From assembly GCA_973851085.1 (NCBI GenBank), contig OZ316775.1, positions 17,732,001 through 17,796,000 on the forward strand: a DNA stretch of 64,000 nt. The letters are read 5' to 3'. This DNA is from Ptychomitrium polyphyllum (Eukaryota). The translations under genes and the position numbers were made by a program. The notes beneath the pieces were generated by a model. The model made no database searches and was not told the origin of the DNA. It saw only the letters and a program-made list of their open reading frames with translations. Numbering within the stretch: the stretch's first letter is position 1; every line of letters begins with the position of its first letter. Positions 25,846 through 40,187 of the stretch are shown here, piece after piece.

Positions 25846-28800
25846 TGCCCCACCACAATGCAACCGAGACGCACTATCACCTTCTGCCTCCAACTCTCAT
25901 AAACCCCCACAATTCCACCACCCCTCCATAAACAACCTCAAGAAAACTTCAACCAACACCCCAAATCAGAACCAAAACTGAACAAAAACTGTACCAAAAT
26001 TCCAAAGCAACCTTCAAGATTCAACCACTCATGACTCTCATGAGTCTGCATCACCAGACCCTCCAACCAAGAAAAACATTACAACCTTGGATATCCACCT
26101 AAGAAGAAAAGTACAAAACTTTTGTTAACTCGGGTGCTTTGGCACACTTGCCACTGAATCTTGGAACTGACCGAGTAATTGGCAGTTCAGCAACTGTTAG
26201 ATTGGAAGTGATGATGAGAAAGGAGTTGCTAGCGTGGGAAGATGGAGATGATGACAGAGCTGGACTAGTGCACCTCAACTTGATCAGCAATCACTAGTGG
26301 TAGGATCTTGTGTGGATCTTATGTGCACATCAATCTGAATCAAGCTAGATCAGTGGACTTTTCTAACCATGTCGTCTGGTGAGTTGCAACGTCATGAGCA
26401 TGCGAACGGTCACGACACACGACGGCGGCGGTGGTGACCACGAAGGGGCCACTCTTTACTGCTTCCTTGGGCCCCACTTCCCGCAACGCAGACATCTGCA
26501 GGCTCCGAGTTCACCACTCCCTTGCCCCTCCTTTTTTCCTCTACAAATGCATTTTCTATTCGAAGTACCAAATAATCTTGAAAACCAAAGGATATTAAAA
26601 TAACTTTAAGTAGTATTTTTTGTAATTGTTTAATATTTTATCGTAATGCTCTTTTCTGACCAAAAGAAAGCCTTTCTAGGAAAATTGGTTGGGTTTATTT
26701 TACAATTACGAAAACATAAACTCCACGAGATGTGGTATTTTACCATTTTGCGTTTCTGTACTGGAGCCATTCCAAACCGGTGTATTTTGGTAGCCGTATC
26801 TCCTTGAGAGCGTATCTACTGTTTCTTCTATACTTTCTGAGGTCGTGTGTTTGTTTTCGAGTTTAATCTCGGGTTAAGATGGAAAAAGGGAGCACATGTG
26901 GTGTCATTGGTGACAAATAAACAAGGAGGTAAAATAGGAGCCAAGTACAATGTTAAAAAACACTACTGGCTTGTCTATTGTAGGTTAACATGCAGGGATC
27001 TTGAGGTTGAAGCTTCTAGAATCGATTCATATTGGAACAGAAAGAGACTAGAAGTTCCTGTATTTCTGAAGAGCCTACACTTTGACTTGTTTTTATTTTA
27101 ATTTTTCGTTTTAATCAAATTTTACCCTTCAAATCGATTTCATAGGACTTAAGCTTAATTATTACAATGAAAATTTCCAAATCAAAACTTTATTTTTATA
27201 GTAATAATCTGAATATAAAACTAAAGCTGGAGTGTTTTATTGCAATGATAAATTTGGTGAATTTGATTATGGTTAGATTACAGTTTTTAATTTTCTGTTG
27301 AATCCTAACTTAAAATTGAGCCTTTGGCAAATTTTATGCTATAATGTTTATTGTTGAATCTAAACCTTTAGTAGAAATTTCAAGAGTTTTAGAATATTTT
27401 GATAATTTGCAATGAAATGAGATTTTTGTCTTGTTTTTAAATTTCAAAAATCACAACAATTTATACTTATAATGGAATTTCAAAGTTTGAAATCATAATT
27501 TATGATAGAGTAATTGTATAACATTAATAATACAATTTTTATCAAATCTAAACTTCTTCATGAATTTATACAAAACAATTCATGAAGAGGTTTCACCACC
27601 TAAGTGAAATTATGACTTTAAGTTTTGAGCATTACAAAAAAATTCAAGTAATGATTGTAATGTCTAAAATTTGAAGCCATATTTCCATTGGTATGAAAGT
27701 GTTTTTCCATAAATTTGATAGTTTAAATTTCATCAAAGGTCAAACCTTAATGAAATCCTACTTGCCCATGCTCAAAACAAATTCATTTTTTAAATTTATC
27801 TAATGATTCTATAAAAAAAATGTATGATTGGCAATTAATAGTTTTAAAATCAAATGAATGTATTTTTTGTTAATTTCTTAAAAGACAAAAGTTTTAAAAT
27901 ATCATTTTTTATAATAGTGTAAAAAAAACACACCAAATTTTCAATCTAAATTTATATATTAAACTTGTTATAAATATAAAGGTCAAATTTGATATTATGA
28001 AGCTATGTAGATTAGAAGCTCTTAATGTATTTACATAAAAAAAATAATTCTAAAGTTGTGCTTTTAAAGTAAAATCTTATTGTAAAACCTATTTCAAGAA
28101 AATAGTTTTTTAATTTGGAAATTATTTAACATCACTTTGAGAACACATTAAAACTTCAAAAAAAATAATAAAAAAGTAAAAAATAAGCAAAGAATTCATG
28201 TGTCTAGAAAGGACATTGTAATGTCAAAATGATCCAAATTCAACAAAACAAAAGCTATCCAAAATCAAACTTCTTTATATTATAATTTTTGCCAAATCTT
28301 CACAAAGCCTTGAATTAATACAAAAATCCTATAACAAAAATATAATTCTACTTGGAATTTAATACAATATTTTTACTTGAAATTGAATACTATATAAAGG
28401 TAAAATATATCTTCAAATTTTCAACTATCTAAGGTTACAAAACTTGTAAGTTGATATTCAGAAGGATTAAAACATTTAAAAATAATACGTATTGAACAAA
28501 TTCACTTAATAAAATATTTGCTTCGCAAAATTATGTTTAAAAAGAAATAAAAACATTCAATAAATATTTCAATCCTATTATTATAAAGTAATAAAAATGA
28601 ATTATGCATATTAATAAATATTGAATAAGTATTGAATAAAATATCATATTCAATATTTAATCAATATTCATAAGTTTCAAGTTTTTAAAAAATAAAATAA
28701 AAATTATTCTTTAGTTTAATTAATTTTATTGCAATAACGAAAAATATCTTAGAAAGATTAAAATTTCCGAAATGCTACTAAATTATATAAATAAAGGGAA

Positions 28801-29123
28801 GTTAAATCTTTAAAATTAATTAAAACATGTATTTAAGGTCCAATATTTATAATATGGAGTTGTTAACTTTTTATATATCACATACTCATTTTCATATTTA
28901 AAATAAATTTTACAAAATTATTAACAAACATGAAGTGCAAAATACTATATTGTTAATTGTTATTGTTTCTTTAATGTTGTTCCCTTCTGTAATATCTTAA
29001 TTAAATTTTAAGTTCTTTCAGATTTGTATTAATGATATGATCACAATATTGGTGTTTATGAATTAATAGGTCATTTACTTGAGGCGGATTGAGCTGAAGA
29101 AATTTACTTCTAATAATTATATT

Positions 29124-29258
29124 AATATATGGATATAATACTTATTAAAGACATTTAAGTTCATGATAAAGAAAAAAATTAAATGTCATGAATATATGGA
29201 TATAATATTTATTTAAGATATTTGAGCTCATGATAAAGAAAAAAAACTAAATGTCATG
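29124..29258. repeat. 67-bp imperfect tandem duplication
   Basis: AATATATGGATATAATA...AAATGTCATG at 29124 and 29191. Confidence 0.85.
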
Positions 29259-29445
29259 GTATAGAATAGATTTTTTTTTGATGTTGATGTTATTTGGAAT
29301 AAATCTACAATTGATAAAAATTTAAAATAAAAAATAAAATTAAAAAATTCTTGAATTTTTTTTTTAATAATTTTTTTAAAAAAAAATAAAAATAAAATAA
29401 AATAAAAATTAATAAATAAATAAATAAATAAAAAATAATATAATA

Positions 29446-29484
<39 letters not shown>

Positions 29485-31998
29485 AAACTAAAATTGATAG
29501 AGAGAAAATTTACTTTTATACTAAATAATATAGTCATTAACAATTTATTTACCTCTTTGTAAACAAATATTTTAAATGAAAAGAAATGCATTTATACCTT
29601 GCTCAAACAAACTCACTAAATTTCATTAGAAGATTTTGCAATTTCTTGAGCTATCTTATAAACTTGTTTTTTTGTGTTTAACTTTCTCCTTTTTATTAAT
29701 GCATTTTAAAAAAAAATTCATCTAAAAATGATACTCAACCTTTGCCAACTTTAATACATTGATTTATTTTTTTTACTTCTAACTATTAAGACCTTATTTT
29801 GAAAATCTAGTATAAAAAATTACATCCTAATATTACTTCTCCTTTCCTACATTTAAACAAATTCAAAATACTACAATTAAAAGAAAATTTTGAAAAACTA
29901 CAAATTTTTTCAAAAGTTCCTTATTCAAATAATAAATCTTTAGTGATTCACAAGAAATATTTGTTAGAAAAATATGAAGATGATTCCATAAAATATACCT
30001 ATTATTTCTAAATTTATATGCATAATATAAGAAATGATTATTATGAAATAGTGCACCAAAGTAACGCTAATTGATTTATAAAATGTGTAAAACTATTGTT
30101 ACATCATTTTTGAACAACCTTTGAAATATCAATAATATGATGTAATTATTTTTTGTAGTTTTTATTCAAAAAGATTAATTTGCATCATACGTTAAAAGAA
30201 TATCTTGTGATCTTAAATATAAAAGATGAAAACTTTATAAATATCATATCTTTTAATTTACCATTTCAGTGCTTAATTAACTATGATGTAAAAACATCAA
30301 CATTTTATTAATTATTATATATCTTATTTCAGAAAAATTCTTTCAAATATTCTTATAAATAAATATTTAATATGCACCAATGATATTTTATTCATTAATG
30401 CAACCATGGCTTTTTAAGATAAAGTATATATTAAGAATTTGGTCATATCATTTATTTATATTATTTTGATATTAAAAAAGATTAATTTCAATTTCTGCCA
30501 CATAACAATTCAACAACTTGTTAAACTTTCAATATTCATTTTTTTCAAAATCACATCAAAATTAACTTCATCAGCTTTAAATTATAAGATATTAAAGATA
30601 TCTTCTAAATATTATCTAAAATAAAAAGAAATTATTTAATATGAAATTTAAGAAAGATTTTGAAAATAAGACAAAGTTATTTTGCTTTGTAGACTCATAA
30701 GCCAATTATCATTTAAAAACATATTGGCATGATTTCTTGAAGATTGGAATCTATAACCTTAAAAGAAGTAATTCTAGTCAAAACCTTAACTTATTTCATA
30801 TTTAAATATTAAAATTTATCATATATATATACCAAAAAAATTTATACCATCAATTTTAAATTTTCAATGTTGTTTAAATTCAAAAATCATGAAAACTATC
30901 TAAAATGTCCAATGTTTTTGAGTATTAATCAAGCAAATATTTTTGGTTTCAAAAAACAATAAATTATAAAAAGTAATGAGAGTGGCAAATGATGATAAAT
31001 GGGGTGGTAGATGAAGGTAGATGGAGAACAAATAAGTAGTTGTTTAGAAAGATTAGAAGTTATTAGAAGAGGCAAGAAGACAAATCCAAGGTCATTACTC
31101 TTTTATTTTGTATTTGCCGTTATTTAACAATTGTATATTTTCATACTCTAGCAACATATTGCCATTCATTAAAGTAGTGAAAGATAAAAGTCACTCTTTG
31201 TTTGTACAAATGTTTTTTTTAATTTGTGTTAATGACATAATTTTTATCTTCTAATGATAGCTATAAATGTCATATTTATTATGATGGAAAAAAAAAGTTC
31301 TAAAATAAATTCGAAAGCAAAAAAACCTTAAAAAAGCACTATTTTTATTAATACTAAAGTATGATTACTTTGAAATTATATGACAAGTGTTTTACCAATT
31401 ACCAAGTTTACAAATATGAACTTTTTCATTCCTAAGTGTTTTTAAATTTTTCTTTGCATTTATAATTGACGCCATTGATTGGATGAATAGCAAATGAAAC
31501 TTAGAGGAATATTATAAGTAATCATGAACACAATCTTTGTTTTCTTCTTTTTCTATAGAATATTGCATTGTGGTCCATTATTCCTTCATTTGCATTTGTT
31601 TAATGTACAGAAGAACAATATCCAGATACAACTATTCATTAAAAAAATTGCATCATTTGGTAAAAATTGTGATCTACATTGGTATTAAAAGTATACAAAT
31701 ACTAATTTCAGCTAATATAAAGCCAATATTTGTAGAAATAACTACTTGGTTGTAAATGGATAATAAAAATGACATTAAAGATAGCACACAAAAATATACT
31801 CCATTTGGGACTATAAGTCTAATTACAAAGAGAATACTACTCCCTTGAAATCCATACCAATATATGTTGCATCATGGTAAAAACCACTATGTTGTATTCA
31901 AAAGACTGTACAATTCTTAAATGCACAAAACAAAGCAATATCACTGATTGGTGCCAAAGCTTATTAATCTTTCATGGATATTCTTTAGTTGGAGTTTG

Positions 31999-32150
31999 AA
32001 GATATTTATTGTACATTCTTTTTACTCTTTTTCATTTTTGGACTTTTATACCATAATGATTAAATTTATGTATAAGATATTTATTGTACATTCTTTTTAC
32101 TCTTTTTCATTTTTGGACTTTTATACCATAATGATTAAATTTATGTATAA
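31999..32150. repeat. 75-bp perfect tandem duplication
   Basis: Units start at 31999 and 32074; visible as a repeated 25-aa block in ORF 31948-32217. Confidence 0.92.
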
Positions 32151-34076
32151 CCACTCTTCAATTGATTCTCTTTTGTTGTCCATCTTAATCTACTTTGATA
32201 AATTCCATTCCAAATAACAAGTTTGGCTTTTCTTTGCTTGTCATGTTGGACAAAAATACTAGATCTTCTTACAATTTGGCATCTTTCAATTGCTATTAGA
32301 GTTTGATGTAGCACGTGCAATCTACATTGGATGCAAATCCTTCTCTTCATGGTAGATAACTACAAAATAAGCTGCGTACAAGTTTCTTGAAATTCTAATG
32401 ATGGTTGCGGGCGGTGATAGACTTGTCCAACAAAATGGTCATCCTCAATGTATTCCTCATAGATGACACATTTTGTTGTGAATTGATCTTCAAAACTTGG
32501 TGCAAATTAAAACATTGGCCAAAACCCATTTTAAAAAGTGTTAGTCGTCTTAAGTAGATAAACTAAAGTGGCATTTACAGCTTGTTAGTAGTAGATAAGA
32601 TGCTCATAACGTCATCTATACTTCTCCATGTGGTCTTCTTTTGCCATATTCTCCTAGTAGAATACATACCTTGCAATTTATTTGATGATATATCCATCTA
32701 ACTAATAATGGAATAGTCATTAGGCAATCTAAAAGCCAATAGATTTTATTTCATGGTAAACTATAGAAATTTACAGTGATAAAATTCAATTTGTTTCCTT
32801 AAATTCAATCATACCCTCTAACATTCTAGTCTTAGGTTCCATTGGCACAATGCCATTATCTAATACCATTGGCAAAGGCCAATGTCCATTTCAAATTTGT
32901 TTAGCTTTCTTTTCTAAAAAACTCATTCCACCGCAAGATTCCTAATTTTCTTCAATCCTCATTAGTATTTGATTTATTGAAATACCAATGATTTTCAAAG
33001 ATCTTATTGTGTTTTAAACACAGTGGAAGCAACTTGAGATCCATTGAAGCTTCCTAATATTGTATTTTCCAACAATTCAATTTATTCTATTTAATCATAA
33101 CGAAAGAATTAATATTTCCATGTTTCAAAAATCAAATTTGCATAAGTTTTGATAAAATCCATTATCCCAATTCAATAAAAGATTTTTCTTTATTTAATTG
33201 ATTTTCTAATTGATTTCTCTCCAATTTCCTTCACTTTTTCAAGGTAGTGCAAAATGCCTTAGAAATTCACTTTGATTCATAAAGAATTCCAAAAATTCTC
33301 AAAACTTCTTCTACAGCTAATTGACATGTTAGAATTCCATATTTGAAGTTTTTTTTTCCATCAAAGCCATGGTTTGTGAGTTTTTAGAATTCCTAAACTC
33401 ACTCTTTTTTTGTGCAATTACTTCCAAAATTTATGGAAGATGATCCCTAATTCCAAAAATTGTTAAAAAATTATTACAAGTTGATATTTTATTTTACTTT
33501 GGATTGAAAAAATCTCATCAAGTTCCACAATTTTAAGCGCATTATTAAAATGCAATATGGATAAAATAATTATTATAAATTTACCATGAAGAAACTTTAG
33601 TATTTAGAGCATGCATGGGATTTTATTTTTCCATTAGACCAATTTTTGATGTTCTTTTGAATTTTAAGGCCAAAATCATCATATTGATGGATTTTGGAGA
33701 TTTTCATCCATCTACAGTTTGAATGAGCTTCATTCTTTGATTTTCAAATCTAGCTATTGTCTTCTTCTTCTTTTGGTGACATTCCACATTTGCTTCTCTT
33801 ACCTTGGGGCTTTTCCTTAGTTTTTCTTTCCATCAAACTCTAGTTGATTTTTCCTTAAGAGATGAGAAGTAGGATTTTAGAAGGTCAAAGAAGTGGATCT
33901 ATTGTAAAAGACATGGATCACAATTGGAGAGTGTAGGTGAAGGACTAAGGCGCTGACCTAGAAGTCAAGAAGTGGAAAAAACCATCATCACAACCAATGC
34001 GCGGCGGCAAATCTAGATCATGCTTTTCCAGTTGTTCACAAACTTGTTTTGATAAATTATTCTTATGGACCATGGA

Positions 34077-34335
34077 CTTAGCTTTCTAGAAATATATTGC
34101 ATGCTCAATTCCAAGTTGTATTGAATGAACTAATTTTGTGAAGTTAAGTTACATAATTGAATTAGTCACCGTATTTCAACGATTCGCTACTATGAGGCCT
34201 ATTAGGGCTTTTAAGCCTTTTGAACCTCTAATACAGTATTATTTCCTTGTAGATCACACTCTTAGCTTCCTAGAGATATATTTCACACTCAATTCCGAGT
34301 TGTATTGAGTAAGTTATGATTCTTTGAAGTTAGGG
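34077..34335. repeat. Degenerate ~185-bp tandem repeat interrupted by the LTR element (continues at 41338-41530)
   Basis: CTTAGCTTYCTA...TGAAGTTA motif recurs at 34077, 34261 and 41450. Confidence 0.65.
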
Positions 34336-35481
34336 TGTTGCAACCCTTGTAATGCACCTTAGCAAGCGTCACGCGCATCAACCCTATACACCCCCACATG
34401 CACATGATTAACCCTCATTTTCACTTTCCAAGTCTTTCTACCATTTCTCTTAGAACACTCAATTTATTAGTAGCCAATGGTTAGGTGTGGACTTCCATTC
34501 ATGTCCAAGGCCTCACTTAGTGTTACTTCCATTCCACACAGCCTAACCGCACTAAGTGGTGTCTCCTCACCACCACTCGTGATGCCCATGTGATCCTAAG
34601 ATCACCCCGGGCCATCATGGTGCCGGCGTGAAGACACCACTCCAATTTAGTGGTAACAAGCGTATTCTTTTGAACGTGCTAGTTCCCTTCGTGAAACCGG
34701 TCGTCCACCGGCTCACAATGGTGTGGGAGTCCCCGTGGTGAAGCCCCAACACTAGCTCCACCAACCGGGACTCACCCTTGGTCTCTACCGGGACAGTAGG
34801 GGAGTGGAGAGGGGGACCAGCCCTCCCTTATAGTACTCTCTGTGGGATTTGGCAGGCCCCCTGGCCCTCTGTAGCTGGCTGAACCCCGACACACCTAAAG
34901 TTTTGGAAGACCACCCGATCTCCTATGGGACTTAGCCGCTGGAAGCCTCCGGGACTCCCAACGGACCTTCAGGGAGCCATATCTTCCTCATTCAATGTTG
35001 GAATGTATTGAGCGACCACTCTATCGTCATCTACTCGTTGCTTAGATGCCGATAGAGTCCTCAAACGTCCGGTTTGAGTTAGTATTGTGGGAGATACGCC
35101 TCTCCCAAGGTTTAAAATTCTCAGGGAGTCCCTCCCTGGATTGTCCCACTCCAGTACAGTCACTGTGTAACGCTGCCACACTCCGGAACAGCCCTTTGGC
35201 AATTCTAACTTTGGGATGCCATAACTTTTAGCTCCCTTGTCCGATTTGGACAATCTTTAGCATTCTAGAATCAGCTCTTTGTGATTCCTCCAATGCCTAC
35301 GATCTATCCCTCGTGGCCTTTGGTTTACATGGGCAAGGATGTTTCTCCCCCTTAGGAGTCCTTCCCATGCTAGGCCCACTCGGTTCCCCTCACTATCGGT
35401 GCCACAAGTCCCGGATGTCACTCCGGGGTCCCCCTTGTGCCTTTTGTATTGCGGGCACTCCTCAAGGAGAGGTGCGCGACA
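34336..35481 (-). repeat. 3' LTR of family-1 element
   Basis: Direct repeat of 40188-41332 (offset 5852). Confidence 0.95.
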
Positions 35482-35512
35482 CTGCACCTACAAAAAGAGA
35501 TTGATGTCCTCA

Positions 35513-38500
35513 TCAATGCCGACGTTGTCGTTTGTTGGAGTTCCTATCCCTTTCAAAGCGTTCCACCACTTCATTGGCATTTTCCAAGTCCTTGGCTGCT
35601 ACCCAAGTTGCTTCTTTTTCATGGTACCCTGTCCACTTCACCAAATACTCTTTTTCTACTTTCTTGTGGTGCCTACACTTGAGAATTCCTTCTACTTTGT
35701 ATTCCAAGTGGTCGCCCACCAATTTTGGCAGTGGCTGAATCACTTGTTTGCAATTGGGCTACAAGGTATCTTTTTTGAATGGCTTAAGGAGTTAGACATG
35801 AAATGTTGGGTGCACTTTGATTTTGGGTGGTAGCTCCAACTTGTATACATCTTTAAACATCCGCTCTACAATGGAAAACGGCCCCGCAAACTTGGACATG
35901 ATCTTTGGAGTGAGGCCTTCGAGCAAGCTAAATTTCTTCACATTCAACAACACCTTTTGGCCTACTTCATACTCCACTTCACGTCTTCCGGCATTGAATT
36001 GTTTCTCGTACTGCTTTTGTGCCTTTTCCAACAAAAGCTTGGTCTTCTCCAACATCTGTTCTCGCTTTTTGGCCAAGTCCTCACCATCTTGGTTAAACTC
36101 TAGTATTGAATGTGCCCCTTCGAGAGCTAAGTCGGCAAGCTGGAGTGGCTCCACTCCATTGGCCACCTTAAATGGCGATTGCTTTGTCGCCAAATGGATG
36201 GCCGCATTGTAACTGAACTCTGCTAAGCTCACATAATCCGCCCAATCGCACTGGTCCGCACTCACAAAGTTCCTCAAGTATTGGTTCAAGACTCCATTCA
36301 CTCGTTCCGTTTGCCCATCTGTTTGAGGATGGAAGGCAGTGCAAAACATCAATTTGGTTCCAACTTTCCTAAAGAAATGTTTCCAAAAAGCACTAGTGAA
36401 TTTTGGATCTCGGTCCAACACAATCACTCTCGGCAACCCGTGATGTTTCCACCATGCATCGAGGAATAGCTTTGCGGTCTCACGTGCACTTACGATTCCT
36501 CTAATTGGCACCATGTGCACCAACTTGCTAAAGCAATCCACCATCACAAAGATGGCATCATATCCTTGCGATTCCAGAAGATTTGTGATGAAGTCCATAG
36601 ACACGCTATGCCATGGACCCGGCGGAATTGGCAAAGGTTGTAGTAGACCGGCTTGCTTTTGGTAAGAGGCTCTATTGAGTTGGCACATCACATAAGTTTT
36701 CACAAAGTCGGTGATGTCTGCTTTCATGCCCGGCCAATAGTACCTTCTTAATACTGCCGCTATGGTGGCTTTTTCCCCTCTATGGCCGGCTATGGGACTA
36801 TCATGTTCTTCTTTCAAAACCAACAACTGTAGTTTTCCTTGAGGCACATACACCCGACTTTGTTTGTACTTGAGCAATCCCTTCTCCAACTTAATTTCCT
36901 TAAGTTTCTTACCCTTCTTAAGCTCGCCGAGAAGCCTTTGTGCTTTGGAGTCCTTCATGTACCCCTCTCTTATCTTCCTTTCCAAATTGCCTTCTCCCTT
37001 GTACATTACTGGCAGGACTTGGGTTGTACCCATCGCTTGCAACTCCTCCCGCCTACTTAGAGCATCCGACTCTACATTGTCACGCCCCGGCTTGTGGATC
37101 AAATCCACATTCAAAAGTGCCAAGGTGTTGTGCCACCTCAATTGTTTTGCACTCATTTGTGCTTGCGACTCAAAGTACTTCAAGGACACGTTGTCCGTGT
37201 AGACTTTGGTTTTATGTAGGTCCAAGTAGTGCCGCCATGTTTTCAAACAATGCACTACGGCAAAGAGTTCTTTCTCGTGCGTGGGCCACCTCTTTAGGCA
37301 CCCATCCAACTTCTTGCTCTCATAGGCAATTGGCATGCCTTCTTGCATGAGCACTTCGCCAATGGCAAAGTTACTTGCATCCGTGTGGACCTCAAAGGGC
37401 TTTTCAAACTCGGGAAACTTCAATATCGGCGGTTGTGACAACTTATCCTTGAGTTCTTGGAAAGCTTGGTGACAAAATCCATCCCATACTTGGCTAGCTC
37501 CTTTCTTCAACAAGTCGGACAAAGGTCTAGCAATTTTGGAGAAGTTGCGTATGAACCTCCTATAATAATTTGCTAGGCTGAGAAATGATCTGAGCCCCTT
37601 TTGTATAGAAGGTTGTTTCCACTCTCTAATTGCCTTTATCTTCCTTATGTCCGGCTTGATTCCATCATCCGTCACTATATGGCCCAAGAACTCAATCTCA
37701 AGTTGAGCAAATTCACTCTTTTCTCCGTTGGCATAAAGCTTAAGGTCCCTAAGTTTTTGAAGCACCACTTCGAGGTGCCTTGCATGTTCTTCCGCCGATT
37801 TGGAGTACACCAAGATGTCATCAATGTTGACAATGACAAAGTCATCCATCTCTTCTTGAAAGATGGTATTCATGAGGGTCGTGAACGTTGAAGGAGCATT
37901 ACACAACCCGAATGGCATCACCAAAAATTCATAGGACCCATACCTAGTGCGGCATGCGGTCTTTGGTACATCTTCATCCGCAATGCGGATTTGATTGTAG
38001 CCCGACTTCAAGTCTATCTAACTAAAGTATTTAGCTCCCGCCAATCTATCAAAGAAGTCATCAATCCGAGGCAAAGGATAGTTGTTCTTGATGGTGGCTT
38101 TATTCAAGGCTCTATAGTCAACACACATGCGGAGCTTGCCATCCTTTTTGTCTACAAAGAAGACCGGTGTTCCATATGGTGACTTACTTGGCCTAACATA
38201 GCCTCTTTCCAACAAGTCATTCAATTGCTTCTTCAATTCCTCTAGCTCTTTTTGGTTCAACCGGTATGGAGCCTTAGAAGGGAGCTCCGTTCCCGGTATC
38301 ACTTCAATTTTGTGATCTACTTCTCAACTTGGCGGTAACTCTGCGTGCAGCTCATTGATGAGCACATCCTTGTAACCACTTGGTACATTTTGAATGCACT
38401 TGGAATTAATCCTAACCTCCTTGGCACTTGGCCTATTCCCTTCTTCTTGCTCCATTTGCATCACAACCACATATTGGTTATTTGCTAATTGTTCTAAGGA

Positions 38501-40135
38501 GACTAAGTTCAACTTGCCTCTAGCAACCATAGGAGTCCTAGTCAACTTTAATATTGCTTCCTTCCCATCACGGCGCACTACTAATTGTGCTGGCTTTCGC
38601 CTGACATCCACCACATGAGTTTCGAAAAAGGTATCACCTAAAATGAGGTCTACCTCATCCATCTCACATAATGTAAAGCTTTCCTTCAACTCCAATGTTC
38701 CACTGCTTAAGGCCACATCCAATACCACCTCCTTCGTCTCGTACGGTTTGCCTTTTGCAAATCGCACGTTGATGGGCTTGCTAGTTTTTTGAGCCAACAA
38801 GCCCAACTACTTTGCTAGCTTGGGACTCATGAAGGAGTGCGTTGCCCTTGTGTCAATCAAACATGAGACATTTTTGCCATTGATTTGGGCCTTAAGGTAT
38901 AAAAGACTTGACCTTGGCTTAAGGCTACTAGCCTTGCCATAAATCCACCTTCTAAGATGTGATCCACAACACAAGTGTGATAAGTTTTGGTATTCACCTT
39001 TTTATCGGGGCACTCCGCAATAAAGTGACCAATCTTGCCACACCCATGGCAACGCTTGTGCTTCACCTCAGCACTCTTATCTCCCGATTTGAATGGTTTT
39101 TTCTCATGATGGTCCACTTTATTGTAGGCCTTTCCATCTACTTGTCCCTTGTATTTGTTTCCAAAGCCAAATTTCTTGCGTTCTCCGCCGCAAGATATAT
39201 TTTGGCTCAATCCACTTTGTTGAGAGGGACCACTTGATTTTCTTTCGGGACCGTCGGCTTCAATTCTTTCCGCAATCTTAATGATTTCTGCCACGTCCTC
39301 CGGAAGCTTTGGGAATTTGAACAAGGCGTCCACCACCCACTTTTGAAGCCACCCAAAAAGATGCATTTCTTTGAAAACTCATCCATTTTGAATGTGGCAT
39401 TCATTTGGGCGTTGAAATCTCGCACATAAGTCTTGAGCGACCTAGTGTGCCTCATTTGCACCAAGTTCATGCCCTCCCTCAATTCTTGGTACTTCGGAGT
39501 GAAGCGTTCACTGAAAATCTCTTTAAAATTGACCCAAGACAAAGTCGCCACCAACTCTGGCTCTTGTTCCATTTTACTTGTCCACCATTGAAGAGCATGG
39601 TCTTTCAAAAAGGTCACCGCAATTGAAACTTTGTCCACCTCTTCCGGCTTTTGAACATCATAATAGTTGGCCATTTCCAAAAGAAACTCCACCTTCCTAG
39701 CCTTACCTAGCCCAAAAAAAGTGCTTGGCATGTTCACCTTGGCCAACTTCTTGGTCGAAGATGAGGACCTAGAACCTTGTGCCATCAAGTGCTCAATCAA
39801 CCTCTTTTGACGAGTCCTTTCTTCTTTGCCATGCTTGAGTTCTTGGTTCACACCATCCATGAACTCGAGCATTTTCATGCGAAAACTCTAGTCAGGGTCC
39901 TGACTTAATAGGCCCTCAGGTGGCTCAGAAATCCTAGATTCTGAATACTCTCCACCCTCTAACGCTTCGTCTTGTTGAGTTTCCTCGACTTCCACGGTGA
40001 CTTCAATATCATTCCCTTGCTCATTGAAATCAAAGGATGGAGCCTCATTAATCGAATCGAGGTCTTTGTTCACCCTCGTGCATGGTCGTTCTAGGGCCCG
40101 AGCTCACTGCCATCACCGACTTTCTTCTTACCCAT
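35513..40135 (-). pseudogene. Disrupted gag-pol of family-1 element
   Basis: Fragments: retrotransposon gag, CHGCGKIGHFIAEC knuckle, IDTRAT protease, VNIDD RT, HTDAS RNase H, SMDF...TDGQTER integrase, EYLVKWTGY chromodomain; several stops and frameshifts. Confidence 0.92.
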
Positions 40136-40173
40136 CCCCTCTTCGCAACGTAGCACTTGGATACTCAAAGCCT

Positions 40174-40185
40174 GCTTTGATACCA
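40174..40185 (-). other. Primer-binding site complementary to initiator tRNA-Met
   Basis: TGGTATCAAAGC versus canonical TGGTATCAGAGC, 2 nt inside the 5' LTR boundary. Confidence 0.85.
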
Positions 40186-40187
40186 AA

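Noticed and set aside
24853..25893. 346-aa ORF as a complete UXS protein
   Set aside because: It begins at a TTG and runs through the U12 intron; the real CDS starts at ATG 25845 and is spliced.
26600..34000. AT-rich block as a nameable DNA transposon, Helitron or viral insertion
   Set aside because: Probably decayed TE DNA, but no terminal repeats, TSD or recognisable protein motif could be established by eye.
34969..35253. 94-aa ORF present in both family-1 LTRs
   Set aside because: Identity simply reflects the homogenised LTR segment; non-ATG start and no motif.
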